Origin: Octopus bimaculoides
Lineage: Eukaryota
Assembly: GCF_001194135.2 (NCBI RefSeq)
Contig: NC_068983.1
Coordinates: 18,334,752-18,398,221, forward strand
Direction of reading: 5' to 3'
DNA length: 63,470 bases
The notes under the pieces are model-generated. The model was given only the letters and a program-made list of their open reading frames with translations. It searched no databases and was not told the origin of the DNA. The position numbers and the translations under genes are program-made. Positions 26,736 through 40,296 of this stretch are shown piece after piece. Position 1 is the first letter of the stretch. Every line of letters starts with the position of its first letter.

Positions 26736-27579
26736 AGAGAGAGAGAGAGAGAGAGAGAAATAGATGAAAGAGAAAGAGAGAGAGAAAGAAACTCGTGTTA
26801 AAAACAGAAGATAGATAGATGCCAAGACAACTTTTTGTTCCACTTAGAATCTCAAACCAATCTCACTTTTTCACTGGTCTTCAGTTTGAAGGTTTTTTTC
26901 CCCCTATAAAATTACATGTTTTTTATCCGAATTTTAATGTCATTTCGCTTTATCTCTCATAATTTCTTTATCATAGTTATAAGTGAACGTAGTTTTCTCT
27001 TCCCTCCGTTAATGTCGCAGCCATAAACAGCACTTGCTCCAGCTTTGCTTCTTTTATTTTTCTCCGTTAGATTTTGATTTATTTTTTATCTTTTGATTAA
27101 TTTTCAGTTAAACGTGCGCATTTACTTTTTTGTTTTCTTTTGAAATCCAAATTTTAATTGATGACATCTCCACTCAAGTTGCTTCTCTTAAAGGTTAAGT
27201 CCCTTTCATGGTATTGTGTATTAGAAAAAAAAAAACAATCACATTCGAAGCATGTAGTCTCATGACGCACAGATACTCAATCACACACACAAACACAAAT
27301 ATGTGCATTACACATTATAATGATAATAATCAACTATGGGGATGACGTTGAGTTGATAATAACTAGATTTTGGCCGAAACTTCTCAGTTGTAAAAAACGT
27401 TTAAAATAATATTGTCGATGTGACCATTCTTGAAACGGTGATTTAGTAACTTTTTATATTTTCATATTATTTTGAAGGTTTCCCTTCGGGCATCTTTAAG
27501 AATTTTCACCATATTATCTGAGGCAATGGTCGATGCGATCCTTACAAGGAAATCGGCGATAGTAACTATGTTTCTCTCT

Positions 27580-27917
27580 ATTATTATCATCATCCACATT
27601 CACGTACACTTTTCTTTCTCTATCATCCTCGTCGTCATATTATTCGTTAATATGATCATTATCATCATCGATATCCTACTCCGCATCTTAACCATCATTT
27701 TCGTTTTCGTCGTCGTCATCGTCGTCATTGTCGTCGTCGTCTTTGTCCTTACCACCACGGTCCCTCATGTCCTCCTCTTTCTTTCATGCTCATCATCTTT
27801 CTGTTCTTCATCTTCATCTTCAATATTAGAATCGTTACCACTCCAGTATAATTCATCTCCTCCTCTTCCTCATCGCCATTCCCATCCTCATCATCACCTG
27901 TACCGTCACTACTACCC

Positions 27918-27953
<36 letters not shown>

Positions 27954-28135
27954 CTATCATCGTTTTCATCATCACGGTCGTCATCCTTACTGTCATGTTC
28001 ATCAAAATAATAAATGTTACCATCATCAACACCACCAGCATCAAAACTCCGCTGTCCGTTGCAGTCCACTACCTTTTCATCCGCCACCACCATCCTCCTC
28101 GTGATTATAGTCATTACTATCATCATCAGCATTTT
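27580..28135. repeat. Mosaic trinucleotide low-complexity tract (CAT/CGT/CTT/CAC)
   Basis: Directly visible; source of the poly-H/D/M ORFs. Confidence 0.9.
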
Positions 28136-28566
28136 TTTTTACTTCCTTTCTACTTCTTGATGTTCATGTTTGTAATAATGATATTATAATATTCGTTTGT
28201 GTCTTGCAACTGTTATTTCAGTTGTTTCATCCACGAAATCAGTATCACATCTAGGCAACACTATCATCACGTATGTGTGATAGACACATATGTAGAGTAA
28301 ACCACGCAACGGAACGTATAACTTTCAATGCCAAAGAATGTTTCCACTGCGTAAAATATATATTTCAAGTATTTTCCGACGGGTACGCATCTTCACATAT
28401 AATGCATGACAATTCATTGTTAAACATCTCCTCTCTAATGTATAGCTACATGATGAGTCGAAACGATCGTAGTGGATAAAATGTCTTGTAAATTCCATTC
28501 TCTGTCTCTCATCTATTATAGCTGTGTTTTAAGCTACATTTCGTTTCCATTTAGTACATACATACA

Positions 28567-28645
<79 letters not shown>

Positions 28646-31046
28646 AGAATAGAGAACATATTTTAAGGCCAAGTCCTTTTAACAGATTAATTCACTTCGC
28701 ATCATAGGCATATTCATATACAGTATCAATTCAAGTACAAATATGCAAATCACGAAAGCGTATAATACATAAATGTAGCTTCATTAATATGTTTGGTGTA
28801 AACATTCAAAGCTTACGAATCGATGACGAGATTAGAAGGTAGGTATCCAAGGAGCGGTGGTGTTCGAATAATTACGATGAATCATTAGTGAGTACATATT
28901 CTACGATCGTTTCGAAAATTGTGATTTGCAAAGGGCGAGTTTTCCATTGATAACAATTGACCACATTTCTCTCATCAAAGGTACAATAAAGGTTTAAAGG
29001 ATTTAAAATATATAATTTCGAAGCATAAATATGTTTTAAGATACTATTAAAATCTAAAAAATAATTTTTTAAAATTCCTAAAAATCTATGCGTCTTCCTA
29101 AAATTACTGAAGTTGAAATCAAGAAGCATATCGTTCATGCGAGAAGATGGATGCGAATGGTACTTAACTTAAACGTTTAAATAAAGTATTGGATTATTGA
29201 GGATCAATTTAAGGGTGAATCCATGAACGTGGAGGTTGATGGTATCAACTCAAAATCTTAGTTACATAACAATTTTTTAATGCTATATCAACGTGTTTTT
29301 TAAAAATATTAAAAAATATATTGTACAATATAATAATATAAAATTTTAATTGACAATTCATAAAAATCGCTTGATTGAAACCATTTACGTGGAAGGTTAA
29401 TGAGTTCAAACTTGGAACTTAGCTGAAGTAAAAATATGATGTATCAATAAATTAAGATATGAAAAATATATAGGAATTTTATGTTTATGCATTTATAAAA
29501 ATTCGTTTAGGTTCCAGATGTTAAGTAGAATGAATCGAACTGAAGGCAGAGACTAAAAGTTTCTAAGCTAATTGGGATAAATCCATGTTCGTAATTTCAG
29601 AATTCTGATATAATCATTTTCTGGGGAATTTAAACGTAGATAATTACTTACGTCTATATGCAATTATACGTCAGAGATTTTGTTAATTAAGATTTTGTTT
29701 ATGCTGTACGAAGCATACTAATTGTTAATGTATGTAGCGAGTGCCGTTGAATTTTTTGTTCCTGTTAACACTTCTAGTGGTATTTTCAAACACAATCTCC
29801 AGATTTTATACTTTAAAAAAATTGATTATTTTTTTCTGAATTATATCTATTGTTCGTACGGAAAAGCCAGGGATATCTAAAAAGGCATAATTCCTGTATA
29901 AAGTATCATAAGGTATCCTCCCTGTATAAATCTTGGGAACTCATCCTTAAATTTCGAGATTAGAAATAGAGCTACTACTTCAGGGATCTAGACAGAGTTA
30001 GAGGAATCCATCGTAACCTCAACGTAGTCGTCAGTATCACTTCGGGTCCACATCTTGTTTTTAAAAGAGATTAAGGTTTTCCCAGCCGTAAAGGTATCTT
30101 TGTCTAAGGAAGTTATATCAATAAGGCTCTCAGCACACGTGTATATATTTATACATATATATGTGTGTGTATGTGTGTGTGTGTGCGTGCATGTGTGTGT
30201 GTGCGTGCATGTGTGTGTGCTTGGGTATGTGTGTGTGCTTGTGTATGTGTGTGTGTGTATGTGTAAAGCTCCTATGCTATTTATTCCAGTTACTGCTTAT
30301 ACTCCCATCTTCCAGAATAATTCTATAAGATGGTTATTAGTCTTGTGCACCTATACTCTGCAAAATCGGAATGATAAGCGGTGGCCGGAATAAATAGTAT
30401 AGAAACTTTTTATGAGATGTCTCAAATATCTTTCACATAAATGAACTTAAAGGATATATAACTTATATCTATCTATCTGTTTGTCTATCTGTCTATCTAT
30501 CTATTATCTATTTGTTTGTCTCTGTCTGTCTCTCTCTCTTTCTCTCTCTCTGTATGAATATATATTGTGAGGGATTATCAAATCGGGCAAAATACTTCAT
30601 TAAGTTTCTGTAAGCACACCAGGCTAAATATATTACTTAAATTAGTGAAGAACTCCAGGTAATTTTATGGTAGGGTCCAATTGAGTAAACCTATCTGTAA
30701 TGGACCTATAATGATTAATGGAAACACTTGTAAACCAGATTTGCTCCAATAAATGAATAACATGTAACGAACGTTATTTTCAACTTGCTTCTTATACATG
30801 CATACACATATATATATATGTATATATAAATATATTTGTGTGTGTCTGTGAGTGAGTATGTGTGTCTGTGAGTGTATATATTTATATTCACACACACACA
30901 CATCCCCGTGTATATTATATATATATATATACACACACACACATACATGCATGCATACGGAGTACTTAATGCGGAAAGAAGAGAAGAAGGCTGTTTGGAT
31001 TTCGAACTCAAATCACCAACATTTTTCACGCGCTATTATTTATAGC

Positions 31047-31381
31047 ACTGTTTACTTCGAGATCCACTAGTGCCAAAAAAAAAAAAAGAAAAAAAAACCA
31101 TTGTTTTTCATATCTCCTCAAAGTTTAGGAAAGTTCCTGCCACGTCAACATACAATTTTCGCTGGTAAGAGTAAATGTTCTAAAACGTACAAAGTTTGAA
31201 GCATCTATAATATNNNNNNNNNNACTGTTTACTTCGAGATCCACTAGTGCCAAAAAAAAAAAAAGAAAAAAAAACCATTGTTTTTCATATCTCCTCAAAG
31301 TTTAGGAAAGTTCCTGCCACGTCAACATACAATTTTCGCTGGTAAGAGTAAATGTTCTAAAACGTACAAAGTTTGAAGCAT

Positions 31382-31390
<9 letters not shown>
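31047..31390. other. Identical 167-bp duplication across a 10-N gap (probable assembly overlap artefact)
   Basis: 31047-31213 equals 31224-31390; the copies are separated only by N 31214-31223. Confidence 0.85.
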
Positions 31391-31430
<40 letters not shown>

Positions 31431-32079
31431 ATGTGTGTGTGTGTGTGTGTGTGTGAGTGTGTGTGTATGTGTGTGTGTGTGCGTGAGCGTGTGTGTGTTT
31501 GTGCATGTATGTATGTATGCATAATGTATATGTGTGTTTATACATATATGCCCACACACGCTTTGTATGGAATTATTACGATGGCATGACGTGCACTTGT
31601 GAATTCAGTGGTTTTAATTAATACCAGTTAAATTAGGTATTGTGTACGTCGATAACATTGGTAAAGGCTGTCATTTTCAAAGAGCTGTATAATTTCTTTT
31701 TTAACTAAAGAAACGAAGGAAGTGGTGAATAAACGAATGTTTGAATTAATGAATGAGTAAATGAATATAAAAAGAAAGAAGAAAATTTGAAAATACGTAA
31801 ATTTAGCATCAAAAACATAACACGCCCACTAAATGCTAGAAAAAAATGCTATCATAAAATGAAAACAAATTCATCCACCCAACTAACAACATTTCAAGTA
31901 CATGCTAGCATGTATTTTTATGTCAGCTGTCTACAAGTCTCCTAATTAGGAGCTTTCAACTGTAATCCTTGACATTAGCATCGTATACATTTTCGTGATC
32001 AGTTTTCTTTTTATTTTCTCCGTGTTCTGTTTTCAAATTTTTTATTTTTTGCCTTTTTAATTCGCATCCTATTCCTCCT

Positions 32080-32124
32080 CCTACTCCTCCTCTCCCCTCT
32101 TGCTGTTGTTGTTGTTGTTGTTTA

Positions 32125-32155
<31 letters not shown>

Positions 32156-32389
32156 CTTCTTCTTCTTCTTCTTCTTCTTCTTCTTCTTCTTCTTCTTCTT
32201 CTTCTTCTTCTTCTTCTTTATCTTTATCTTCTGCTTCTTCTTCTGCTTCTTTTTCGCTACTTTCACCACTTCTATTGCAAATGCCGCCAACATTACCACC
32301 ACCAATAACACAATCATCATCATCATCATCATCATCATCATTCTCATAAGCACCAACACCATCATCATCATCGTCATCGTCGTCGTCGT

Positions 32390-32434
<45 letters not shown>

Positions 32435-32510
32435 TCATCTCCTCATCGACGTCGTCGTCGTCATCGTCGTTGTCGTCGTCCTCCTCCTCCTTCTCCTCCT
32501 TCTCCTTGTT
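32080..32510. repeat. Mosaic trinucleotide tract (GTT, CTT, CAT, CGT, CCT blocks)
   Basis: Directly visible; source of the poly-D/E/Q/K ORFs. Confidence 0.93.
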
Positions 32511-32870
32511 CTTATAGTTTCACTTTGTTTTTCACTTTTCTTTTGACGTATTAGACATTTATTTCTCAAGTTTTTAAAAAATTATTTCTTCTGCACAAAC
32601 GCCTTCATTACAATATATCTCCAATATTAACCGTAAGTGAATCATGATGATCGACAATGACGTCTATAATTACCCTGCTACTGCATACTTGTTATTGGCT
32701 GCAAGTAAAACGCCAAACTACAAACATAATTTTAAACACAGGAAATCATACCAAGGTCAATAGACATTCTTGAAAGACTAACCAAATTTCCTCTCTTGGC
32801 TCATACCGTAATTTCCTTCATGACGGTCACACTGGTTAAAATACTTTATGGAAAATTATATCTCTGATTG

Positions 32871-33086
32871 AAGGTGGCTAGCTGGCAGAAACGTTAGCAT
32901 GCCGGGCGAAATGCTTAGCGGTATTTTGTCTGTTTTTACGTCCTGAGTTCAAACTGCGCGAGGTCGACTTTGCGTTTTATCCTTCCGGGGTCGATAAATA
33001 AACTACCAGTTGCGTACTGGGGTCGATCTAATCGACTGGCCCTCTCCCTCAGAATTTCGGGCCTTGTGTCTTGACTAGAGAAGAAT
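32871..33086 (+). mobile_element. Family A SINE, short-tail subtype
   Basis: Head AAGGTGGCTAGCTGGCAGAAACG, B-box GAGTTCAAA, tail GATCTAATCGACTGGCCCTCTCCC..GGGCCTTGTG. Confidence 0.92.
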
Positions 33087-33098
33087 CTTTAGCACTCT

Positions 33099-33330
33099 AA
33101 GGTGGCTAGCTGGGAGAAACGTTAGCACACTGGGCGAAATGTTTAGCGGTATTTCGTCTGCCGTTTCGTTCTGAGTTCAAATTCCGCCGAGGTCGACTTT
33201 GCCTTTCACTCTTTCGGGGTCGATAACTTAAGTACCAGTTACGCACTGGTGTCGATATAATCGACTTAATACGTTTGTCTGTCCTTGTTTGTCCCCTCTG
33301 TGTGTAGCCCCTTGAGGGCAGTAAAAAATA
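33099..33330 (+). mobile_element. Family A SINE, long-tail subtype (left half of dimer)
   Basis: Near-identical to 8959-9191 and 43364-43580. Confidence 0.92.
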
Positions 33331-33482
33331 AGAAACGTTAGCACGCCAGGCTAAATGCTTAGCGGTATTTCGTCTGTCTTCAATACGTTCTGAGATCAAA
33401 CTTCGCCGAGGTCGACTTTGCGCTTCATACTTTCGGGATTGATAAATTAACTACCAGTTGTGTACAGGGGTCGATGTAATTA
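33331..33482 (+). mobile_element. Family A SINE lacking the first ~17 nt (right half of dimer, 3'-truncated)
   Basis: Starts AGAAACGTTAGCACGCC immediately after the preceding tail. Confidence 0.88.
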
Positions 33483-33513
33483 CAACCACACATACAACAA
33501 ATAGACACGTACA

Positions 33514-33566
<53 letters not shown>

Positions 33567-34914
33567 CTATTTATGTGTGCATGCATCATGCAGTGCATAC
33601 CAGGCATGAATTTGAATTTGAAATAAGCAGCTGCAAACGTAACACATATCACAGAATCAATAAAAATGAAAGTTTCAACTCTCTAAAAATTTTACTGTAT
33701 AAAATTCGTCATAGCTCACTGTTAGAGAGATGCCATTAAGCATCACTGATATTAAGACGGCTGAATATGTTTCTGCAATAAATAATGTCTGGCCAGTTTG
33801 TTGGAATTGCATTGGTAACATACATAGACAGAGATACCTGAAGAAAGCAGCTTATAAGAGAATAAGGAAGCCAACATCGTGACATTAATGGAAATAGAAA
33901 CCAATCAGTTATAACAATTGCATAATCTTATATTGATAATCTCTACATATTTTCCGCCTACTCTCAGTTAATAATTCACAGATAATATATACATTTATAT
34001 ATATATATATATATATGTATATATNNNNNNNNNNNNNNNNNNNNNNNNNNNNNNNNNNNNNNNNNNNNNNNNNNNNNNNNNNNNNNNNNNNNNNNNNNNN
34101 NNNNNNNNNNNNNNNNNNNNNNNNNNNNNNNNNNNNNNNNNNNNNNNNNNNNNNNNNNNNNNNNNNNNNNNNNNNNNNNNNNNNNNNNNNNNNNNNNNNN
34201 NNNNNNNNNNNNNNNNNNNNNNNNNNNNNNNNNNNNNNNNNNNNNNNNNNNNNNNNNNNNNNNNNNNNNNNNNNNNNNNNNNNNNNNNNNNNNNNNNNNN
34301 NNNNNNNNNNNNNNNNNNNNNNNNNNNNNNNNNTATATATATATATATATATATATATATGCATATATATGCTTGTTTGTGTGTGTGTGTGTGTGCATTT
34401 ATATACATATATGTTTGCGTATGTGTATGTGTATGTGGGAATATTTATATGTATATATACATACGCTTATAAATATTGGTTTACAATATACATGCATAGG
34501 TCCATACATTCATATACATATATATGTACACAATATATGTTGTTAACTGTTTCATTGTATCTACATAGTGAGAGGATTATATAACAGCGCAAGTACGCAA
34601 CTACTCGACAAATATATACCCGAATACACACCCAACAGCTTACACCCATGTGTACATACATATACTTACACACATAACTACACACACACACAAACATAGA
34701 TACACACAGACAGGTACATAAATATAGAATATTTTTGTGAAAATGTATGTACCCATGTGTGTAAGCATTTGGGTATGTTTTATATTCATTTTCTATGTAT
34801 ATCACTGCTTCCATCTACACCTATCTCTGTCTGTCTGACTATATGTCTGTCGGTCACTCTCTGCCACGTATACATACATATATGCCTATGTGTGCGTGCG
34901 TGTGTACGTATCTG

Positions 34915-34949
<35 letters not shown>

Positions 34950-36539
34950 GTATGAGCGTGTGTGTGCCTGTGTGTGTGCGTACGTATCTATTTATCTCAC
35001 AATATATATTCGCAACACTTCCAATCATGAGAAAACATTTAGTATTATTTATTATTTTTGTCGCCGTAGGATATGTTGAGCTTTGGAGACATTTGTAACA
35101 ATCACAGTAAGCTTTCAATTTAATGTAACTGCAATAGATATAGATTGAGTTTTATAGAGATCTCACTACGTTTAACATTATACATTTCGAACACGTAGAA
35201 GATTCAGATTCGTAGCAAAATAAATTTTATCACCTCTCATAATAAAATGCGTTTGTGCATTGCGTAACTTTTGTTGATTATACAAGAACGGAACTAGCTT
35301 CTGCAATGTCTTTCTGAGTGGAATGAGTAACTGATTGGGTAAACTAACTTTTTGTCGAAAGAAACATGGCGATTGGTGTGTGAACCCGCAACAGTAAAAT
35401 CATGATGATGAACTTCAGATCAACTGAAGTTTTATAGAAAACACCAAGAAGAGATTTTCATTGAACAAATAAATTTCACAAATTTAAAATACCGCAAACA
35501 GAAAACAGAGAAGTCATAGCGTATATTCTCTCACGGTGTACTATTACTCTGTCATCACCTATCAACACATACACATACACACATACACACAAACTCATGC
35601 ACACATATACGTACTCGCTCACACGGACACAGATACAAACACACACACACACACACACACTCACATACACACACATTCACACTCATAAATCTCCTTAATA
35701 TCTTTATAGTACAGTTCATGGCAACAAACTTTGGCTTATTTGACTGTGGCAGATTTCCATTTCAGAAAGTAAGAATAAATTACAATTCAACATATACTTC
35801 GTGCACACCTAAAATTAAATTACATATGAGGAAAAATAATGAGTTTGAATCGTAACTGAAATAATTTAACATAAAAGCTAATACTATTACAATAGAAATA
35901 AGATGCATACTCATGGAATATTGATTTGCTCATATAGTTATAAATATATGAGCTGGGCCCCGTGCCGTCAAGAATGACGGCTAATTGTAGCATTTTCTAT
36001 ATAAATAAGGTACAAAACCAAGGTTTTGGTTCAATAATTCTTTTATTACTAATTTTTTCAGCGTTGAATATTAACCATCCCACCTCCATTGAAGGCGAAC
36101 GCGCGCACACGCACACATAAACACACACACACTCACACACATACACATTGCCATAACCCCCTTTTTACATACACACATATATTCACAAAGAGTTGAAATG
36201 CTGTTTGAATTATTTTTTCAGTGTACAATTTTCATCATCTCACTACCAAGTATGACATCACCTCTTCTTTCCTTATTCGTCTATATTTATGGGGAATCGA
36301 CATATATTTATCTGGAATAGTGTTTAGAGGTCCCTGTGGCCGCTTTGTACAGGTGATTACTATCGTATTCTGCAAACAATATCTAAAAGTCTGTATATAA
36401 GGAGTTGGCAGACCTTAAGTAAGCATATTTTGTCTAAGCTTGTGACTGTTGAAATTATTTTTATATTCACATATTTATTCACATATCTATTTCCTTTCTT
36501 TCAGATTATATCTCCCTTAGCTACTTCTCATCATAAGTG

Positions 36540-38365
36540 CCTAAGTAGATCTGATAAAGTTTGCGATATCTGTATCAGTTTGACAACGCATTAATGAACC
36601 AAGGCTATTTTGCACATTTCAAAATAAAAGTTGGTAGTTTAGACAAGTCTTGGAATCATCACAAGGTGTGCATGTAGCGTGTCAAAAGATGATTGATGTG
36701 GACGAAGGAAGCGTGATAAGTTGGCATTTGCCAAACCTATGATTTAGCAAAAGGCAAATGTTCATTGCACATAATGTTACATATGTTTAGTGAAAACTTC
36801 AGGATATAACAAGAAAAACAAATCTGAAGTCGAGTATCCTGAAGTCGAGTATCAACTATACGTCCAGTAATTTATTCAGCTGAAATCCTGTTGCAGTTTT
36901 CGTTCAACTACCCTTTGGATCATGAGGAAGATCTCAGAGACAGCAATGATGTACATTTTGAAACGGAAGATGACTGAATGATTTGGAAAGAGACATGAGT
37001 CTATCTAACGGCCTAGAACACTTTCCATCAAGAGTAAATGAGAAAAATCTTACTTGAGAGAGGAGCGAATGTATCCTAATTTCGATCCAAAGAAAATGCA
37101 TTTCTGCAATACTTTCGAAGTGACTGTAGGTTTATATATTCTCATAACATGTAAACTATACTGGAGAAATTGGGAAATCTGATCCGCAACTCAAGTGAAT
37201 TGCGACTGTTTGTCGATTGATCCAAGCAGGGCTTAAAATGTCTGCTCCACAATAGTAGTTTGTGTATTGCAGGTCCAACTGGGTATTTAGTTTGTTATCT
37301 TGGAGAATATGGAGACATGAAGAGTGTCACAAAGCTGCTTCAATGACACAATCACAATTAGATAATCTGTGTTAACCTTAAGCTATTATGCTTCCGTCTT
37401 TGTTAGCAACGAGTGTCCTTGCTTTCTGCGTATGTGCGACAGCAGAGTTCGAGTGAAGCACTGGGTAGAGGAGCATTGGCCTCCAACATTTCATCTCAAA
37501 CCTGGTGATCACAATATTCTACACGAGTCACTTATTATCATAACGAAAATTAAATTCCCACCTCTGTATATGAAGCTGAATCTTATGAAGCATTTCGTTA
37601 AAGCATTACCAAGTACCTCATTTGGACAAAATTGAAGGTCAGTGTTTGATGGTTCATGAACTCGGTAGCTCAACAAAGGTGAACATTTCATAGGGACAAA
37701 ATCAATTTTCAAAACGAATACTAGGTTATCATTCAAAGACCCGGTCAAGAACCTTTCTGGAAATACACAAGCAAAGAATTACACCGAAATTGTCCAGAAA
37801 TTAATGAAGAGGTACAAAAACTTCGGTTGCAACATGAGTGTAAAGTTGTATTTTCTAAACTGCCATCTTGTTAACTTCTAGGAAAATTTTAGTGAGGTCA
37901 ATGATGAGCAAAGTGAAAGATTTTGAAGCTCATGGAGGAAGATATCACAGTAGATGGAATGAAAATATGATGGCTGACTATTGTTGGAGCATAAAGCGAA
38001 ATTGTCCACAGGTTGAACACTCCAGGAAAACTTATAAACATAAAGTCTTACCTAAACTACTTGCTCGCAATTTGAGTTACATTAACAATATCCATTGTAT
38101 GAACAAAATAGATTTTTAAAAACATTACACTGAAGCATGTCTTATTGTTTTCCATTGTATTTAAATCAAGTAAAAAACATTTTATAAAATAAACACAAAT
38201 TTGTTGGTGGCGGTATTTTAATGCATTTGTGACAAAGTGAGTCTATCCCGTAGGTACAAAGATTGATGTGATATAGAAAAAACGGGTATCATTTTTGGAT
38301 TCACAGGCCAAACGTTAGTCAAAACAAGTGTCAGATTAACTCAACGATAATTGTGTTTCACAGTG
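36540..38365 (+). mobile_element. Chapaev3-like (CMC superfamily) DNA transposon remnant
   Basis: Decayed motifs: DKFCDIC..AYFAHFKIKVGSLDKSWNHHKVC (about 36550-36680), CFLRMCDSR..HW..HWP and PPLYMKLNLMKHFVKAL (ORF 37369-37635), RWNENMMADYCWSIKR (ORF 37868-38119). The 3' end TTGTGTTTCACAGTG (38351-38365) fits CACTG..CAGTG termini. The 5' terminus was not found; family name is from recalled motifs. Confidence 0.7.
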
Positions 38366-39724
38366 TAATCAATTACAAGGACAAAACATCTTTAATAATA
38401 TTGTAATAATACATTTCAAATATAAAAATATATCTAATATTAAACATATATGGAATTCCATATTATTATTTATGAAACGAAACGATAGATTCAGGATTCG
38501 GATTCCAAGATAATTTGAACAGATTTAAATGATGTGATTACTATTTATTCCGAAGTTGGTTTAATTATGTCGCCGTCCATGTTGTTGCACGATGCAGTGG
38601 TTTGTAGTGTTGTTGTTGTTGCTATTGTTGTTGTTGCTGTTGTTTATGTTCTTGTTGCTGTTGATCGTTGTTGTTTTTATCTTCTCGCTTCCTGGTATCC
38701 GATAATTCAGTAATCAGATCACTAAAGTCGAAATTCAATTTATGTGTAAATCGTTTTAATTATATCAGCTCAATTCTCGACACATCACAAGATTTTCTGC
38801 CAATGATTAAATGCCTTGCGTCAAAACAGACACGTAGAAAAAGAAGAAACCGAAAAGTTAACAACAGTCAAGTTTAAGAGATAAAAATTAAATAATACAT
38901 AAATAACAAAAGGCATATAACAACTCTAAAATACATTCTTGAATAGAGTAGAATGAAAAAGTTAAAAACAACCGATAAACATATAACGTTAAATCCGTTT
39001 ATTTAATTTCCCATTGTAAAGATATCACAGTTGCAAGAATAATATTAATGGATGCTGCTTCGACAGCATATAATAAATATTTATTGAAATCTGGTTATAT
39101 CCCTGTCATACAACTGCATAGAGATTGTGGAAAATTTTAAATCGTAATTACATTTCGCCTAATGACAGATTTATAGCTCTGAATAATGTTTATACCTGTG
39201 TGGTGTGATTTGCATTTACAATGATCTAACTGATATTTGAATATGTGCAAAGGAAGACTTACAGCACTAAGTTATATCTATGTGTACGTGTGTATGTTTG
39301 TATATATACATATATATGTGTGTGTGTGTGTGTCTGTGTATAAGTATATAAATATGTATATATATATATAAATACATATATAGTTTGTGTGTGTGTATAT
39401 ATGTATGAATGTATATGTATACGTATGCATTAATAGTTTGTCATTTGAGTTTGCATTTTTCAACGATTCATAGGCGTAAAAGAACACCTGATTTTTGAGA
39501 TACCTACGAATATATACATATATATTTATATCGATATATACATATAACACACATACATACATGCACATAAGCACATACACACGCATTTATCAAATACGAA
39601 ATATATACGAATATATGTATTCAATGAGGCGCAGATGGACTCGGTTTATCGATGCATGAATAACTGGAACTAATTAGAATACAGTCGTAGTTATGAATGA
39701 TGTTTATCTCTTATTTATTAATTG

Positions 39725-40195
39725 TTTCAATCATTGGATTGCGGTCATTCTGGGGCACCATCTTGAAGGGTTTTAGTCAAACGAATCAACGCTAGTAATT
39801 ATTTGAAGACCGGTACCACATGGAGGACTCTGATCGAACCGCTAAGTTCACGGCCGACTTTATATTTCAACCTTTTGAGGTCGATAAAAGAAGTGCCAAA
39901 TGAGTACTGGGGTCAATATAATGGAGTTATCTCCTCCTTAAAAGTTTCAGGTCTTGTGTCCATTTCAGAAAAGATTATTAGTAGTGTTAAAAAGGCAGTG
40001 AGCTGGCAGAATCATTAGCACGAATATCAAAATGCTTAACGGCGTTTCGTCCGTCCTTATGTTCTGAGTTCAAATTCCGTCGACGTCGACCTTGTCTTTC
40101 ATCATTGCGGAGCCGATAAAATGAGTACCAGTGGTCGATGAAATCGTCTTTACCTCTACCTCAAAATATCAGGCCGTGTGCCTATAGTAAAATTA
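39725..40195. mobile_element. Cluster of old SINE fragments: family C 3' end (minus, about 39725-39795), family A 3' half (plus, about 39850-39980) and family A copy (plus, 39992-40195)
   Basis: Recognisable diverged matches to the SINE copies elsewhere in the window. Confidence 0.75.
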
Positions 40196-40296
40196 TTAGG
40201 AGTATTAGCGTGATTTAGAGAGATTTTCATTCTAACAATAATGTCGGTGTTTGGGAAATTAGTTATAAAAATCCTTTAAATATACACTAACTGCAT

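Noticed and set aside
27472-28189. Long His/Asp-rich ORFs (up to 210 aa)
   Set aside because: Open in several frames and on both strands because of triplet repeats; no domain or splice evidence.
29880-30130. Minus-strand frame with about 80 codons and one internal stop (DITSLDKDTFTAGKTLISFKNKMW..)
   Set aside because: No recognisable homology; too short to distinguish from chance.
31047-31390. Perfect 167-bp tandem duplication as a biological event
   Set aside because: Identical copies separated by a 10-N placeholder are typical of an unmerged contig overlap.
31956-32546. Poly-D/E/Q ORF resembling an acidic protein
   Set aside because: Pure trinucleotide mosaic, open in multiple frames.
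35400-35432. ATGATGA..CTGA as a C/D-box snoRNA
   Set aside because: Boxes are only about 15 nt apart, far too short; just a small hairpin.
35964-35990. GC hairpin GCCGTCA/TGACGGC as a Helitron 3' end (also GGGCAACGCC at about 41838)
   Set aside because: The expected terminal CTRR is not cleanly present and no 5' TC end or second copy is visible in the window.
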